Shown: piece after piece, positions 12,801 to 26,230 of the stretch | How positions within the stretch are numbered: the stretch's first letter is position 1 | How the letters are laid out: every line of letters starts with the position of its first letter | Assembly: GCA_000442015.1 (NCBI GenBank) | Contig: KE560603.1 | Span: forward strand, 1-52,385 | Length of the DNA: 52,385 nucleotides | DNA from: Rozella allomycis CSF55 | Lineage: Eukaryota | Reading direction: 5' to 3' | Notes under the pieces: generated by a model | Seen by the model: the letters and a program-made list of their open reading frames with translations, nothing else | The model's database searches: none | What the model was told of the DNA's origin: nothing | Program-made: the position numbers and the translations under genes

Positions 12801-15800
12801 ACAGACCACATATTCAACATTGACATATTCTCACAGCTCTTTTGTATTTTATTACTAGACTCCATAAACTCTGCTACTATCTTTTGCACATCATGCGCAT
12901 GCTTCCTACACTCTTTCACAAAATGATCCGTTATGCCTTTAGACGACCACGTTAGATTACTCAACCCTGGATTAATCTTTCTATCCAGAAATCTTATCCT
13001 CTCTTTAAACAACATATTCTCCTCGGGCGTCAATGTATCCAACACTGAATTATAGTCTCTAACAACAAGCAACACTGAATCCCTCAAGATTCGCAACTCT
13101 TCCTTTTTAGTATAAATCTCTTGCACTTGGAATGGTATATCACACTTCAGCTTTTGCCAATAGTAAATCTCATTCATCATTCTAATCAAATCCTTATCAA
13201 ACTTCATGTCCAGTACATTAACCCCCTTTCTCTCCATCAACGGAGTATCCAACTTTTCCATCACTTGCACAGGCAAACTCGATATCCAATCACTATGCGT
13301 CTTGGTCACATAATCTTCAACACTCGAATTAAACGCTTCATACAATGCCTTGGCCTCTTCTGCTATACTCAACTTTGGCATATAGTCCATATAATTGTAT
13401 ATCTTCATACTAGGACTCACCCTCTTAACTATAGATCTGGCCCATAGTGCTGACCCTGCAAAGTCTGGATGGAATCTCATAATCTCTGGCGCCTTTTTCT
13501 TGGTCTCAAATTCATTCTTTGCATTAGAAATCTCCATGTACAACTTTTGAAACACATCGCTAGTCTTCTTCTCAACAGTTCTCTTGATCGCATCCCTCTT
13601 TGCCAGTCTACTAAACGTTACAAGCAAATACGTTGATGCTTCCACACTTGGACTCGTTTCAAAGGCTGAAACTATAACATTCTGCATCATCACTTCCAAA
13701 TCTTTAACGCCAAGTTTAAATTCAGAATATTCATCATGCCATTTAGTTGCCTTTACATCCAGTATATGCTTCTTATTCTCCCACAACAAATTCAACTGGC
13801 GCTCAAATGCCCTTTCAATGTCTTCTAAACTCTTGGCTGTCTCGGGCCCTTTAGTGCCTCCAAACTTTGGTATCGGTAGCTTTTCTCCATTGACTTGCTT
13901 TCTTGCAAACTGCATTTGACCTGTTATTATTTAAATCTTCTCGAATTACCTTCACATACTTCCAACAAGTCTCTACATCTCTGTACAAATGCATCAATTT
14001 GGGCAAATATACTACTCTCATCAAAATCCCACGGCTTATTGGTATTTTTTGTTACCAGCATTGCATTCCTCTTGTAAATATTCTTCCATGACTCTCCGCA
14101 AAATATACTATCATTCAACACTGCAACAGCTGAATGCACATTCCCCTTAAAAATAGACTCCAATGATATTCTTGATGTGCATCTGTTAATAATCTCATTG
14201 CTTATCTTTCTCAATAACCCTGTCAATCTCTCCCGTGTATTATAAAACCTTGAATTCAACCAAATCAATCTCACAAAAAACAATACTTTTTGGATTATCC
14301 CACCAACATTCTTTGCTTCTGCATTCGCCAACTCTTTACATGGCTCAATCAACGTTGACAAAAACTTTAAATTATCCTGTGCCTGCAACAACCCATCCTG
14401 AATCAAATTAGACAATCTCATAAACTGCTCCAAATATGATGATTTACAACTTTTCATCACTTCCAATATCTTTTGCACTTCAGTTCTATTCAACTGCACA
14501 TTAATTCCACTCAAATCAGCACACCGAGATTTCCAAAATTTTATTTCCTCCAGTGGGCCACTCGTCTCTGATGCCTCCGTATTATGCTGATTATTAACAA
14601 CCTCCTTGATCTGGCGCGTCCAATGCAACAACAGCGATTCCAACCTCTGGACAACATCTTTATCCTTTGAAACTAACTCAATCTCTTCAATCTTCTCCTG
14701 CGGTACATACAACACAGTATGCCCTTCCACTTGAAATGTGGTATCAGTCAAATACGCCATAAATTTATGCAACTGACCGCTAAAATCCTTACGAACACTT
14801 TCAGGCCACCCTTCATTATCCAGAAAAATTGGAACAAATATGCCACTCATCAGTCTCAATAAACTATGCAATGCATCACCCGTAACTGACCCAAATTGAA
14901 CACGATCAGAAAACTCTTCAACAGTCACAGGCTTTTCATCATTGTCTCTCACAAAAAACATCAAATGATCAATTGACGACTTGGGAACTGTAGATCCAAC
15001 ACACAACAACATCTCATCATTAACTTGATGCACATAAGCCACGATACGGTGCGGTCCCCTGCCCATAATAAAATCTGTAACATCAGACTCGTGACTCTCC
15101 TTCCACATAAACGGCTTGTAATCCGTTATAATCAACAAGGACTTGAAATGCTCAATCACAGGCTTCACATCAAACACCTTTGGTTTTTCAGGAATTTGCA
15201 CTCGAGACTTTGAACTTGCAGATTTTAGCTTCTCAGGTTCAGCCAACATGTTCCCACTCGAGTCACTCTTTAAATCATTCTTGGATTCTTTCGGCACTAA
15301 ACTACCTGCACTTGTGCCATTTGCTCCCGACAATGATTCTTCGACATTGTTCTCCACTTTAGCAGTTAATGAACTTCCATTGGAAATAACACTCTTCGAA
15401 TCATTCACATTAGTTTTTGAGCCTAGTTTCTTTTGTCTAGGATTCGTTCCAACACTCGGCTGAGATGGTGGTCTTGGCTGCAATGAATCACGAGAAACAG
15501 ACTTGTTGGACAAATTCTGGGATTGGGATCTTGAACCTTTAAGATTCTTATTGGATCCCATGGACTTTTCGTTCACACTTGGTCGCTTTCCACCGCTGGA
15601 GGCTGCAACCGTATTGGCCTCTGCTACAGGTTCTACAGCCTAATTTTAGGATATAATTGAAAGAATTACATCATTTTTAATGTCTTCCTTGGTCTCATGT
15701 TGGTCATTAGTGTTGCCCTTGGTAGCAATCGACGCCTTACGTACAGACTCCTGTCTTTGGTCGACAATTGACGTTTGCTCATTATTTTCACTCACAATAC

Positions 15801-15852
15801 CTAGCTGCTCTGGCTGGGGAGCAGGAATAGGGTCCTGATTAGTATCACTCAT
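852..15852 (-). CDS. DNAH2: Axonemal dynein heavy chain, DNAH2-like (inner arm I1/f beta), 18 introns
   Basis: Exon ORFs join into tail (DHC_N1/N2), AAA1 (GKAGTGKT, CFDEFNR), AAA2 (GNSNSGKS), AAA3 (GESGTGKT), AAA4 (GLGGSGRRS), stalk/MTBD, AAA5/6 and the C-terminal YTCPVYYYP...KRGTALLL. Single introns: 1114-1142, 1353-1380, 3846-3874, 6616-6645, 6918-6946, 9939-9966, 11751-11779, 12203-12229, 13921-13949, 15640-15669. Stacked introns: 3152-3209, 4022-4079, 4329-4384, 5216-5272, 5762-5849, 6254-6337, 9631-9689, 10210-10267. One apparent frameshift near 8100 and an N-joined duplication at 3143-3453. Confidence 0.93.
3143..3453. repeat. 155-bp imperfect direct duplication flanking an N (probably two haplotypes joined by the assembler)
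   Basis: 3143-3297 and 3299-3453 are near-identical and separated by n at 3298. The two exonic differences are synonymous. Confidence 0.85.
8084..8182. repeat. GA/CT-rich tandem repeat (~21-nt unit) encoding (E/R/G/D/V)n inside dynein
   Basis: Repeated ctcaactctatctccctctct units, translated as EREGDRVEREGDRVER. Confidence 0.85.
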
Positions 15853-15857
15853 GAAAT

Positions 15858-15881
15858 TGTAAACACGAAATTTCGCGCCAA
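15858..15881. promoter_or_regulatory. Forkhead (GTAAACA) and E2F (TTTCGCGCCAAA) motifs in the 66-bp dynein upstream region
   Basis: Both motifs are read directly in the short gap before the dynein ATG. Confidence 0.4.
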
Positions 15882-15918
15882 AATATTAATTAAAAAATAA
15901 TATGGTATTTCCAGAAGT

Positions 15919-18839
15919 TTATTCATGCTCATTCTCAAGCTTCTCTTGTAATTTTGTTATGTATTCGTTGAAATCGATATAGTCGATAAAACTGTCTGGT
16001 CTCTGGTGAATGGAGAACCTCTTGAGTAATACTTGGGCTTCTTCTTGAGAAATTTTTAGGTTGTTGTTGCAAAGCACAGACACAAACTGGTTTTGTGTTA
16101 TAGTGCCTTTTAATAAATTAATTTAATGTTACCATTGTTAATTCTATCGTAATCTTCAAAAACAAAGTAGAGATCCATCCTTCTTTGGCTCAACTGTGTG
16201 GCTAGCCTCTTGCTACAAGAATCTAATATCGCGTTTTCTTTATCATCTAGTTCGTATGGAGGATCTCGCAAGTTTGCGACGAAAGCTGGAGGCTCTGCCA
16301 ATGGGTTTTGCTCCAAATTATCAATCGTAAATACTGACTCTAAATCATTGCAGAATTTCACATAGTCCACAAATCCTCCCTCTTGAGTGTATGGCAAAGT
16401 CAATATATCTAGCTTTTCTTGCGTATTAGGGTAAGCATGATGAAAAACTCTTAGCGCCCTTTGAAAATCATGGCGATGAATTTTCCCGTGTCTCAATGGA
16501 TCGAAATCTTTCATAATTTCACGAAAACTAAATCTTTCAGTCTTTACACGCGACTTTAATTTGTTCATGACATAATCAAACGTGATTCTATTGTTTCTAT
16601 TCTCGGATCGTCTCTTCTCGGGATACATGGGACTTTTCAAATAAGGTATCTGCACCCTCTTTTGATCTCTATCGTCATCTTTTTTTATAAAGCTTACGTG
16701 TTTATAGTGGAAAGAAAAGACAGATAATCAAATCCATCGCAATCTTCGTGAACTTTTCTAAGTGCGTTAAACTCTTCCTCGCTTAAAATAATCTTCCCGT
16801 ACATTAGGCTCTGTCTGGCTTGCGACACACTAACATGTCCATTATTGGATTTGTCAAAGTCTCTGAAAAAAGGCTTTAATATAACTGGTCTTCGACGCAA
16901 TGTCTCATGAATTTTGGCCATGGCCGAATTTACATGAGCCTTTTCCTCTTCACTTAACGTAAATAATGCTTGCTGATGAAATTCGTGTATATTTGCGGCC
17001 ACATTATCGGAAAACACACTGTCCATTTCTTGCGCAAATTCTTTCCATTTGCACGATTCTGGATGACTTTTGTCTTTATATTTCTCGACCAGAGCTTTGG
17101 CTTCATTGCTGTTCAATGGAAAACCCATTCTTCCAATACCTCGAATAAATTCATCATGAAGAATAGAGTTATGACGAAGCCTATCGCAGTCAACAAAAAA
17201 CTCTTGAACACGAATTCTTTGTTTATAGACGTAATGTTTAAGTTGGTTTAGTAGTTTATCTAAGTCAATTTCGGTAGTATCACTGTGAGTTTTTTCTGGC
17301 TGTTTAGGTATTGAAGGTAATTGATCGTGATTTCCTTCTATTAAACGAAGAAATTCATGATAGGTCACGTCACCGCAATGATCTTCATATTTTTTGAAAA
17401 GAATGAAGAGATCATCCTCGGCTATTTCCAAGGATAGCATTGACAAAATTCTACTTAAGTGTGATTTTGTGATCCTTCCGGTATGTCCTTGACCCTTTTA
17501 GGAGTAAGCACATTTTTTTACCTTGTCAAAATCGGCGAAAAATGATCCAACAGAAATTCTTCTCTTTTCAATTTGCTTTCTTAAATCTTTTATTATTTCG
17601 TCAAATCTTTTTTCTTCTTCTGGTGTTAAGCTATCATGAATATGTAGCTGTTGCAAAAATTCCCGCGAAGGAATCTCTGGCTCGGATAGTGGGGAATATT
17701 CCAAATGAGCTTTTGTAAAAACTGGATACAAGTAGGATGAATATATTTACTAGTATCGATGTTGTCACAAAACTTTCGATACATTACTCTTCCGTTTTTA
17801 TTGTACGCTTGACAGAGAACATTAACTTCTTCGGGGTGTAATTCCAAACCAGCCATATGCAGGGCACTAGCAAACTTATGTGCGAAAGTAAAATCACGCT
17901 TACTTGATGCGTAGTAATAAGATTTGAATTTAGTTTGTCGTAATCTCTGCAGAATTCAAGAATACGGATTCGTCTTTTGTACACAACTGTATGAATTGTG
18001 TTTGCGGGTCTTACTCTTTCTTATTTTATCTTCCACGTATACTGAATCGATTTGTTCGGGTAATTCATCTTCTTCGAGTAAAATATTTTCTGTTCCAATT
18101 GGAACATGTGCGTTTTTATGATGTTGACCTTTGGAATGCACAGCACGATATTCATGGGTCATTCTTTCATGAGAATTGTTCATATCTAAGTCTAGACGAA
18201 AATAATTCACTTGGCCTCTTTTCTCGTCAAGGTATAGTTTCAACAATTCCTGCGATTCTTTTTCCGTGAATAAATTTTGAGGGAGACTCCTAAGAAACTA
18301 TTTTACACGTATCCTGAAATTACCTGCCCTATAGTAACGTAACCATTGTGGTGGCGATCAAAATCTCGGAACCAAGATTTTAGATTAGCTCCGTGATGCT
18401 TAATCCATTGATGAATTTTTCCAAATGTTGGTTGCATTTTGACAGCTGCCTCTTTTGAAAGACCCGAGTATCCAGTTTCTGTGCCATGTTGTTCACTTGG
18501 GACACTTAAATCCAAGTTTTCGATAGATTCTATGAACCGGGAATAAATAATCTTACGCCCATCAAAATCTCTTGCGAATTTTTGGTAGTTGATCAACCCA
18601 GTCTTGGGACTGCAATATCTTTTCATGATAGAGTTAACCTCCTCGTTTGATAATCCTGGTCCTTTTTCCATAACAGCAGCTAGACCTCTATTGAATTGGG
18701 ATGCGGAAATGCAGCCTGAATTCAACTTGTCGAAATCCTTGAAAAAGTCTGCTGGTCTTCGTCTTAAAAGCTTAACATGTGATTTAATCTTTAACTCTGC
18801 GTCTAGAGAAATGTTTAAAGGAGTAATTGAATGCAACAT
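15919..18839 (-). CDS. Multi-EF-hand protein, EFCAB6-like (probably ciliary)
   Basis: Repeated F-x-D-F-D-x-x-x-x-G-x-I/V EF-hand pairs (FFKDFDKLNSGCI, WFRDFDRHHNGYV, FFRDFDKSNNGHV, FEDYDRINNGTI) across exons joined by 26-30 nt introns. Stop TAA at 15919-15921. Confidence 0.75.
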
Positions 18840-18910
18840 TATGTCCTTGGTTACGAATTAATTTATTGATCATGATACTTAAACCCTGGTACGCATAGGT
18901 CACAACTTAA

Positions 18911-20621
18911 ATGGATCCAGCACGGTTCATGGTGGATGTGAGAAATGTATCAAACGAAGATTTAGATCAACTAAAATTAATATATGAAAAATATTGCTCA
19001 AAAGATGGGACTATGAGTTTAAGCAGTTTCATCAAAATGCTCAATGAAGGCAGTCCTATCACAGAGGAGAAGAAAGAATTGAGCGAAAATCTCTATGATG
19101 CAGCAAAGAAATGGAATCCAGTGGCTAATTTTAAAAACTTTGTTGAACTAGAAAGTGAATTACGACACCCATTCTCAATCTACTTAATGGCCTTTAGATT
19201 TCTAGATAATGATAACGATAATTACTTGTCTTGCAAAGACATGACGGATTTGATGCTGGTTGAATACCGTAATATTTTGATGGGGCAATTGGCCTACAGT
19301 ACCAGATACAGTTATGATGCCTTTTTGATTCATTTAAATGATTTATTTAAAAAGAGATTGTTTCTCAAGTACTCTGAGATAGATGATAGGGGTTTAAATT
19401 ATGTTTCTAAAGAGAATGCGTCAAAATTTCTGGACGTGACTTATCCAAACTTGCCAAAGGACGAACTGGAACAGTATCTTAAAGGAGTAGAGACGTTTAA
19501 CTTGGATGAATTCGTTTCAATGAATTTGAAAATACTTGCAAAACATCCAAATATTACATTAAAAGACAAAAATAACGTAAAATCAACGATCCTGAAGAGC
19601 GCCCACAGCTTCTTTCTTGGATCTATTGCTGGTGCGATTGGAGCTACCATCGTTTACCCTATTGATTTGGTGAAAACAAGAATGCAAAATCAAAGATCAA
19701 TTAAAGGAGCTGAAGTTTTATATAGAAATAGTCTAGATTGTTTTTTCAAAGTTGTCAAGAATGAAGGACCACTCGGTCTTTATCGGGGACTTGGTCCACA
19801 ATTAGTTGGCGTGGCTCCAGAAAAAGCAATCAAGTTAACTATGAATGATTTTATGAGGTCAATATTAAAGAAAGATGACGGTTCAATATCATTGCTAGCT
19901 GAGATCATAAGCGGTGGGACAGCGGGTGCTAGCCAAGTTATATTTACCAATCCTTTAGAGATAGTTAAAATAAGGTTGCAAGTCCAGGGTGAATTAGCCA
20001 AATCTCAAGGCATTTCTAGACAGGGCGCTATAAAGATTGTCCGTCAACTTGGTTTTAGAGGGTTATACAAAGGTGCTAGCGCATGCTTACTACGAGACAT
20101 TCCATTCTCAGCTATTTATTTCCCTGCTTATTCAAACATAAAAAGGAAGATTTTTAAGGAGGGAAACGAAGGGAAAAAGCTATCACCAATTGAGCTACTT
20201 GTTTCTGGGGCACTAGCTGGTATATTTTTTACAAAAATGATATAGGAATGCCTGCTGCTTATCTCGCTACTCCAGCTGATGTAATCAAAACAAGAATACA
20301 GGTTGAGGCAAGAAAAGGACAACAAGTCTACACAGGAATAAGAGACGCTATACAAAAGATTTTAAATGAAGAAGGTAATACTTATAGTTATCTTAAACAG
20401 GATTAAAGGCGTTTTTTAAAGGAGGACCTGCAAGAGTGTTGAGATCTTCACCCCAATTTGGATTCACTTTGCTCAGTTATGAAATCCTTCAAAGATTATT
20501 ACCGATTCATAAAGAGCATAAAACTATTGTATCAGAACAACAATTAAATTCACCTTTTGCTTATCAAAGAGCTATTCAAACAATGTATGATGCGCATTAC
20601 TATTTGTTAAATAAATCATGA
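18911..20621 (+). CDS. AGC1: Mitochondrial aspartate/glutamate carrier (Agc1/aralar-citrin family) with N-terminal EF-hand-like region
   Basis: Carrier motifs [25 protein letters not shown] and [11 protein letters not shown], plus [10 protein letters not shown] and [10 protein letters not shown]. Two short introns. Confidence 0.9.
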
Positions 20622-20648
20622 GAAAGTAAATTTTATTTCAAAAAATAT

Positions 20649-22401
20649 TCAAATTATATTTTTTCTTTGTATTAAGTTTTTAATGGAGCTTTTTGGAGCT
20701 GACAGCTTCAAAAATGGATGGGCAAGTAGTTCCGTTGCGTTGGGCCTTTTTGAAACATCTACAGTCAAACACGCGTCTAAGAAGCTTCTAAAAAGCTCTG
20801 ATGGTCGTGATGAATCTCTTAATTTAGGCTTCCCGTTGGATGCTATCATGTACAATGCTTTCAAAGGTTCCTCGTCAAGATATGGTGGTTCGCCTTCAAG
20901 CATCTCGATGGCCATTATACCTAAAGACCAAATATCGACTTTCGCTCCATATTTTTGTTGTCGCACAACTTCAGGAGACATCCAGTAAGGAGTTCCTACT
21001 AATGTTTGTCGCTTTGCTTTTTCGGCTGATAGTTGTGCACAAAATCCAAAATCAGCTTTGTTAAAGATAACTTTTCTCATTACTTAACTTAATATTTCCA
21101 TCTTGATCTAGCAGAATATTATCACTCTTGATATCTCTGTGTATAATATTCCGACTGTGTAAGTATTCTAGTCCTTTCAGCGTTTCAAAACAAATAGTTG
21201 ATATTTCAGGCTCGGTAAGCTGAGATTGGCTATCAATTAAGTCAGTCAATGATCCAGCATCCATATATTCCATTACAATCCAAAGTATCTGATTAACCAA
21301 GTATGTTTCAAACATATTAATAATATTTTCATGTCTACATGCTTTCATTGTAATAATTTCATTAACCGATAAATTCTTTTTAGGTTGCTCTTTTAGATCG
21401 ATCTTCTTAATGGCCACCCTTTTACCAGTGGCCTCACTTCGCGCAACGTAAACAGAACCGGAGGCACCCTGCCCTATTCTCTTCATTTGCGCATAAAATT
21501 TGTTTGGATCGTCTCTTGAACATATCTCTTTAAGTACATCCAACACCTCATCGTCTCTTAAAATAGAGACACGTCTATCAGCCACAATACTAGGAGACGG
21601 CAACTCATCATTTTCTGAAATTCTTGAATCTACGTTTTTTCGTGAAGATGGAATATCATTGATAGGTGGCACAGGCCTAGATGGGGGTAGTGGTCGAGCT
21701 GGGAGCAGTGATGGAGGTTTGACACTCGGTGCCTATATTTGATTACTTAATGAAAATTACTTCCTTCATAGGATATTGAGATTTTTGTGGCAGTTTTGGC
21801 CTGTGAGGGGTTGGCGGAGAAATTTTATGCTTTTCAACCTTTTCTGGAGTTTGAGTTTCATCATTATTTCCAGCATAATAATTCAAAACATCCAGAACAG
21901 CTTGTGGATCTTTCTGCATATCTTCCTTCGTTAGTTTACTCCCAATTAAAATATCCTGCCATTGCTTGGGAAGGTTTGTAAACTCTCCGGATGCTTCGTC
22001 AAATCCAACATGAACATTTCTTTTTACATTGCTGATTTTAGAAATACCAACTCTATTGGCCCTCTTTCCAAGCAGAAATAAATGTATACCTTGTATATTT
22101 CATCCATCCATGCGTACATGTCCGTTTCAGTTTTGCAACTGATGTACATATCACCGCGCGAAGAACATTCAATTTTGAAGCAAAACTCCTTTTCTTCAGT
22201 ACGTGTAACGTTCTTTATGGATGATAGTGATATTATTTCACTTGGACTAGTGTGAGTATCTGATTTATAGAAAAGCAAGAGGTTCTCATTTAGCATCATA
22301 AATTGACGTGTCCAAGACGAAAATATATTTGAGATGAAATTTTTATCGTTGTCTTTAACGCTCACAAATCCTTTACGTACTATTGTATCTCCCCTATACA
22401 T
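20649..22401 (-). CDS. CLA4: PAK/Ste20-family kinase with PH and CRIB domains (Cla4/Skm1-like)
   Basis: N-terminal PH domain ([11 protein letters not shown]...WMDEIY) and CRIB-like HVGFD. Kinase motifs [20 protein letters not shown] and GTPYWMSPE. Confidence 0.85.
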
Positions 22402-22527
22402 AAGTGCGATACGGTGGCTTATCCAATCGTACAATTTTAAATTTCCCGCGATATCTATATCGATTGTCTTTAATTTGATCGAATGTTCGCATTAAAATTT
22501 AAATGAAATTCAAATTCAGGTTATATA

Positions 22528-23140
22528 CTAAATAATACAATTTATTGTCTGCTGTTGCAACTCTTCTAAAAGATTTGTGAGATCACATGCATGGACGTGA
22601 AGATCATAATTTACAAGCTTCATAAAGTCAAACTCCATGCTGGACACATCTGCTGTATTGAAGAGCCCTGCTGTCCATTTTGAAACTCTTCCTGGTGTTA
22701 TAGACAAATCAAGAATATCATTATAGTATTTGGCACTTAAAATAACGCAAGCAAGAAAAATCCTGTGAAGTGTATCATAACCACCTTTTGCATTAGCCGG
22801 TAAATAGTATTGCAATCTTTTTAGGTATACCATGATCAAAAGAATATGAATGTTTAATAATCTGTGACTTGATATAAAGGAAGAAATGAAGAATGTTAGA
22901 TTGGGCAGCTCTGTTCTGTATTTGCACAATGGATTGGAATATGGTAATACTTCACGAATTAATCGTTCTAAAACTCCTAATTCATATATAACAAGGTTAA
23001 TTATTACTATAAGATTGTGGATGTGCTGCATCGTACGGATATAGGTACCATTCTGCTAATGGTGATTGTGGAGGGGTATATACAAGGTATGGGTTGTAAT
23101 GGGGAATGGTCTCATTGTAAATAGAGAGGGGAGCTAGCAT
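22528..23140 (-). CDS. Pho80/Pcl-like cyclin
   Basis: Cyclin box YLKRLQ...HRIFLACVILSAKYYND...SMEFDFMKLVNYDL. One 31-nt intron. The start codon is a best guess. Confidence 0.75.
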
Positions 23141-23274
23141 TGTTAATGAAGGTACTAAGCCAGAAAAACGTGCGGAGCGTGTATTCGATATAAACACGTG
23201 GGTTTAATTCGGGACCTGAAAATGGAAAAATTGCCAAGTTAAAGTTAAAATACTATTATGGAAATTTTATTAGG

Positions 23275-25235
23275 CTAAATTTGTGGAGTGTAGAAATAAT
23301 TGAAATCCATAATTAGCAAGAATGTGTCGAAATATGTGCTTAATTCATAGTCATCCAAATTTTGCTCACCTCTGACACCTTGAAGAGTTCGAAGTATATA
23401 GCTTTGATTCGTTTTAAAATCCTAGTATTAATTTAAAGTGTAGCATACGACAAAGTAAGTTTCAATCATTTGTAGTGAAGGATCTTCCCTGTTTTCTAAA
23501 ATGGCTTCAATGTTTGGTTTTGAATTTAATTGCTTAAGAACAAAGCAGTATCTTTCAATTAGCATTAAAATTTGGAGCAATGTTGGATAAATGGAAGGTG
23601 AATCAATAAAACACTTTTTCAATAAACTATCTAAAAACATGGTATGTCTAGATAAAACAGTTTCAAAATCATTGTTAAATTCTTGCAATAATTCATTAAA
23701 GTGAGTTTCAATCACAATCGCCTTAAAATAACTATATTGTCAAGTTACATGCATGTAATGCTGTAATGCAAGAAGGAAATGCTTAAATATCATGTGCACT
23801 TTAAGTATAAAGTCATATGATTCCAAATGTGAAAAAGGGAGACTCTTCCTTAGCGGACAATTCCAATTTTGGTTTAAAGAAAATATTAAATATTTAATTT
23901 TAAACAACAAATGAAATATTTTCTGGTAATTTCTGATTTCTTTCGACCCAAAGACAACGGAGAGTGGCGAGCTCACATTTGCTTCAAGAGAGAAACTAAA
24001 AATAATATTCTACAAAATTACGATTCATCTTTCCATTCTAAACTAAAGAAACTTGAAAATCTTTCATGTAACGCAGATGATTGCTGTAGAGACGAGATCC
24101 AAGAAAATGAAATATTCACTGTTCTGTCGTTATCGCTTTTAGAAATGTTATCGATTAAGGTCTGATAAAAATCGCCGTTTCCAAGCAAATAAAAACTTTT
24201 AAATGACTGTTAATTATTACACAAGCAATTTACTTTGAAGCAATAACTTAAGTGATGTTCTTTTTCAAAAACTTCGAATAATGTCACCGAACGTTTCTTT
24301 CTTAACATCTCTATTGTAGAATCAAATTTTAATCTGTTAAATCCGGAATCAGGAATATTTTGAAGCAATCTTGTAATTTCACGAAAGTCATCATCATTTT
24401 CTGAAGGTGTTAATTTAATAGACAATTTACTATGCACTTCTCTTTTTGCATTCATTATTTGAGAAGCTTTTCCAATAAAAAGAATCTTTCGCAACGTGGA
24501 ATCAGAGATGAGGTTCGACGACAGTTCTTCAGAAACTTCAAATGCATCCCATCTATTATGATTAAAACAAATCATTTACGGATCTGATATGTTATCTACC
24601 TTTCGAATAAAAAACTCATTGTATGGATCTTTTAATGCACCGTACGCTAGCCATGGAATCAATTGCTTCAAAAATACCATCAGCATCATTTCCTGAATTC
24701 TATAACAATCAATCACAAATTCTACTCCAAATAGTAATTCTTATATTCATTAATGCCAATATCAAAATTTTGCCTTATCACATCCATGAGCTTGAAAGAT
24801 CGCAAAAGCGTCCCGCCTTCAACTAGTTTCACCAATGTGTCGAAAAGCATCATATACTTCATTTAAACTTTTAATAGTTTTTACCTTTGAGAAATAGTGC
24901 TTGAAAAAAGTTAAAGGGGTGGATTGGCCATTACTCTCAGCAGCACCTAACAAAATACCTTTTTCAACATTAACGATGTCAGCTTGATACTCGTAGAGTT
25001 TCTTCTTTATCCATCTGGCGAATACAGATATGTAAAGGCTGTTATGATTGTCAGATGAAAAGACTCTTAATTTTAAATACTGAGATCCGACGACTGAAAG
25101 TGATTCCAAGAGATTCTTTTCCGATAAATGAAGGTGTTCTGCAAATATTGGACTTATTTGAAAAACATTTTGAGAATTCAATGACAGAATGTCCCCTTGA
25201 AAACCTGTTAAACAAAGAAGGAGTTCATGGAGCAT
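23275..25235 (-). CDS. TUBGCP4: Gamma-tubulin complex component 4 (Spc97/Spc98 family)
   Basis: N-terminus MLHELLLCLTGFQGDI matches the GCP4 start. Also KILFIGK, YLLGNGDF, YQKIFHLL and C-terminal LLIMDFNYFY. Confidence 0.8.
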
Positions 25236-25497
25236 TATGTAATTTTACGAAAAAATTTAAAGTGCCTATGAATTGTAATGAGCGAACTTTTAAAATCATC
25301 AATTAGACAATTATATTTTATTTTTTATTTTGTTACAATAATAATTAGAAAATCCATATTTGCATATTCAACATGTCAAGCAATTCATCAGGGTGAAATC
25401 TGCTAAAATCAACGTACATCACAACTTATATGTCAACAACTATCATTCATAATTTTTATAGTTACCTTATCAAAGTACCTGGAAATCTGAAAATTCA

Positions 25498-26201
25498 ATG
25501 TATCGACCTACAGTCAGCCTGTATTTTTTACTTTTGATTCTGGCTACTATCTGCAACGCAGTTAAGTTTGATTTATATGCCTACGACAAAACTGACCCTC
25601 GAAACGAATATTGCCTCACTCTGTACGTCGGAAGCGACGTCATGGTTAGTGGCTATTTCAAACCCTCTAAAGGATTCCACATGACTATAGACGCATATGT
25701 TTCAGATGGTACCTCTCAAATTTGGTCCAAATATGACCTCAAAGATCAAACCAACTTTTCCTTCCGCACTCACGGAGAACCGCGAGACTACAAGTTCTGC
25801 ACTAAAAACGTAATGGAAAATGGTAATAAATACATTATGTATTTTCAATAAGGATATAGCTCAGGGCCTACTATGAAAATACAAATGGAGCTGATTGTTG
25901 AGACAGGTTACGATATGTTTGAAAAGCCCAATGCAAATGAAAAAATTAAGCCTATTGAAGAAGAGTTGATTAGATTAGAAAGTGTGATGGCCAACATAGT
26001 TGATACTCTCAGCTATCAAGAACAACGGGAAGTTAAGTTAAGGGATACAAATGGTAAATGTAAAATTTCACGTTAAAGTCAGAGTCCACAAATGAACGAG
26101 TTAAATGGTTTAGCACTTTATCTCTATTAACCCTTTTCGGGCTTGGGGTTTGGCAAGTACTGTATTTGAAGTCGTTCTTTAAATCAAAGAAAATATTATA
26201 A
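25498..26201 (+). CDS. p24/emp24 cargo receptor, delta type (Erv25/TMED10-like)
   Basis: Signal peptide, GOLD domain, coiled coil and LRDTNESTNERVKWFS...WQVLYLKSFFKSKKIL*. Two short introns. Confidence 0.88.
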
Positions 26202-26230
26202 AGATTTTCTTTTAAAGAAATTAAACATTT

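Noticed and set aside
852-15852. Fragmented dynein ORFs as a pseudogene, alternative genetic code or programmed frameshifting
   Set aside because: GT-AG tiny introns explain every break except the microsatellite at ~8100 and the N-joined duplication. The standard code gives conserved proteins throughout.
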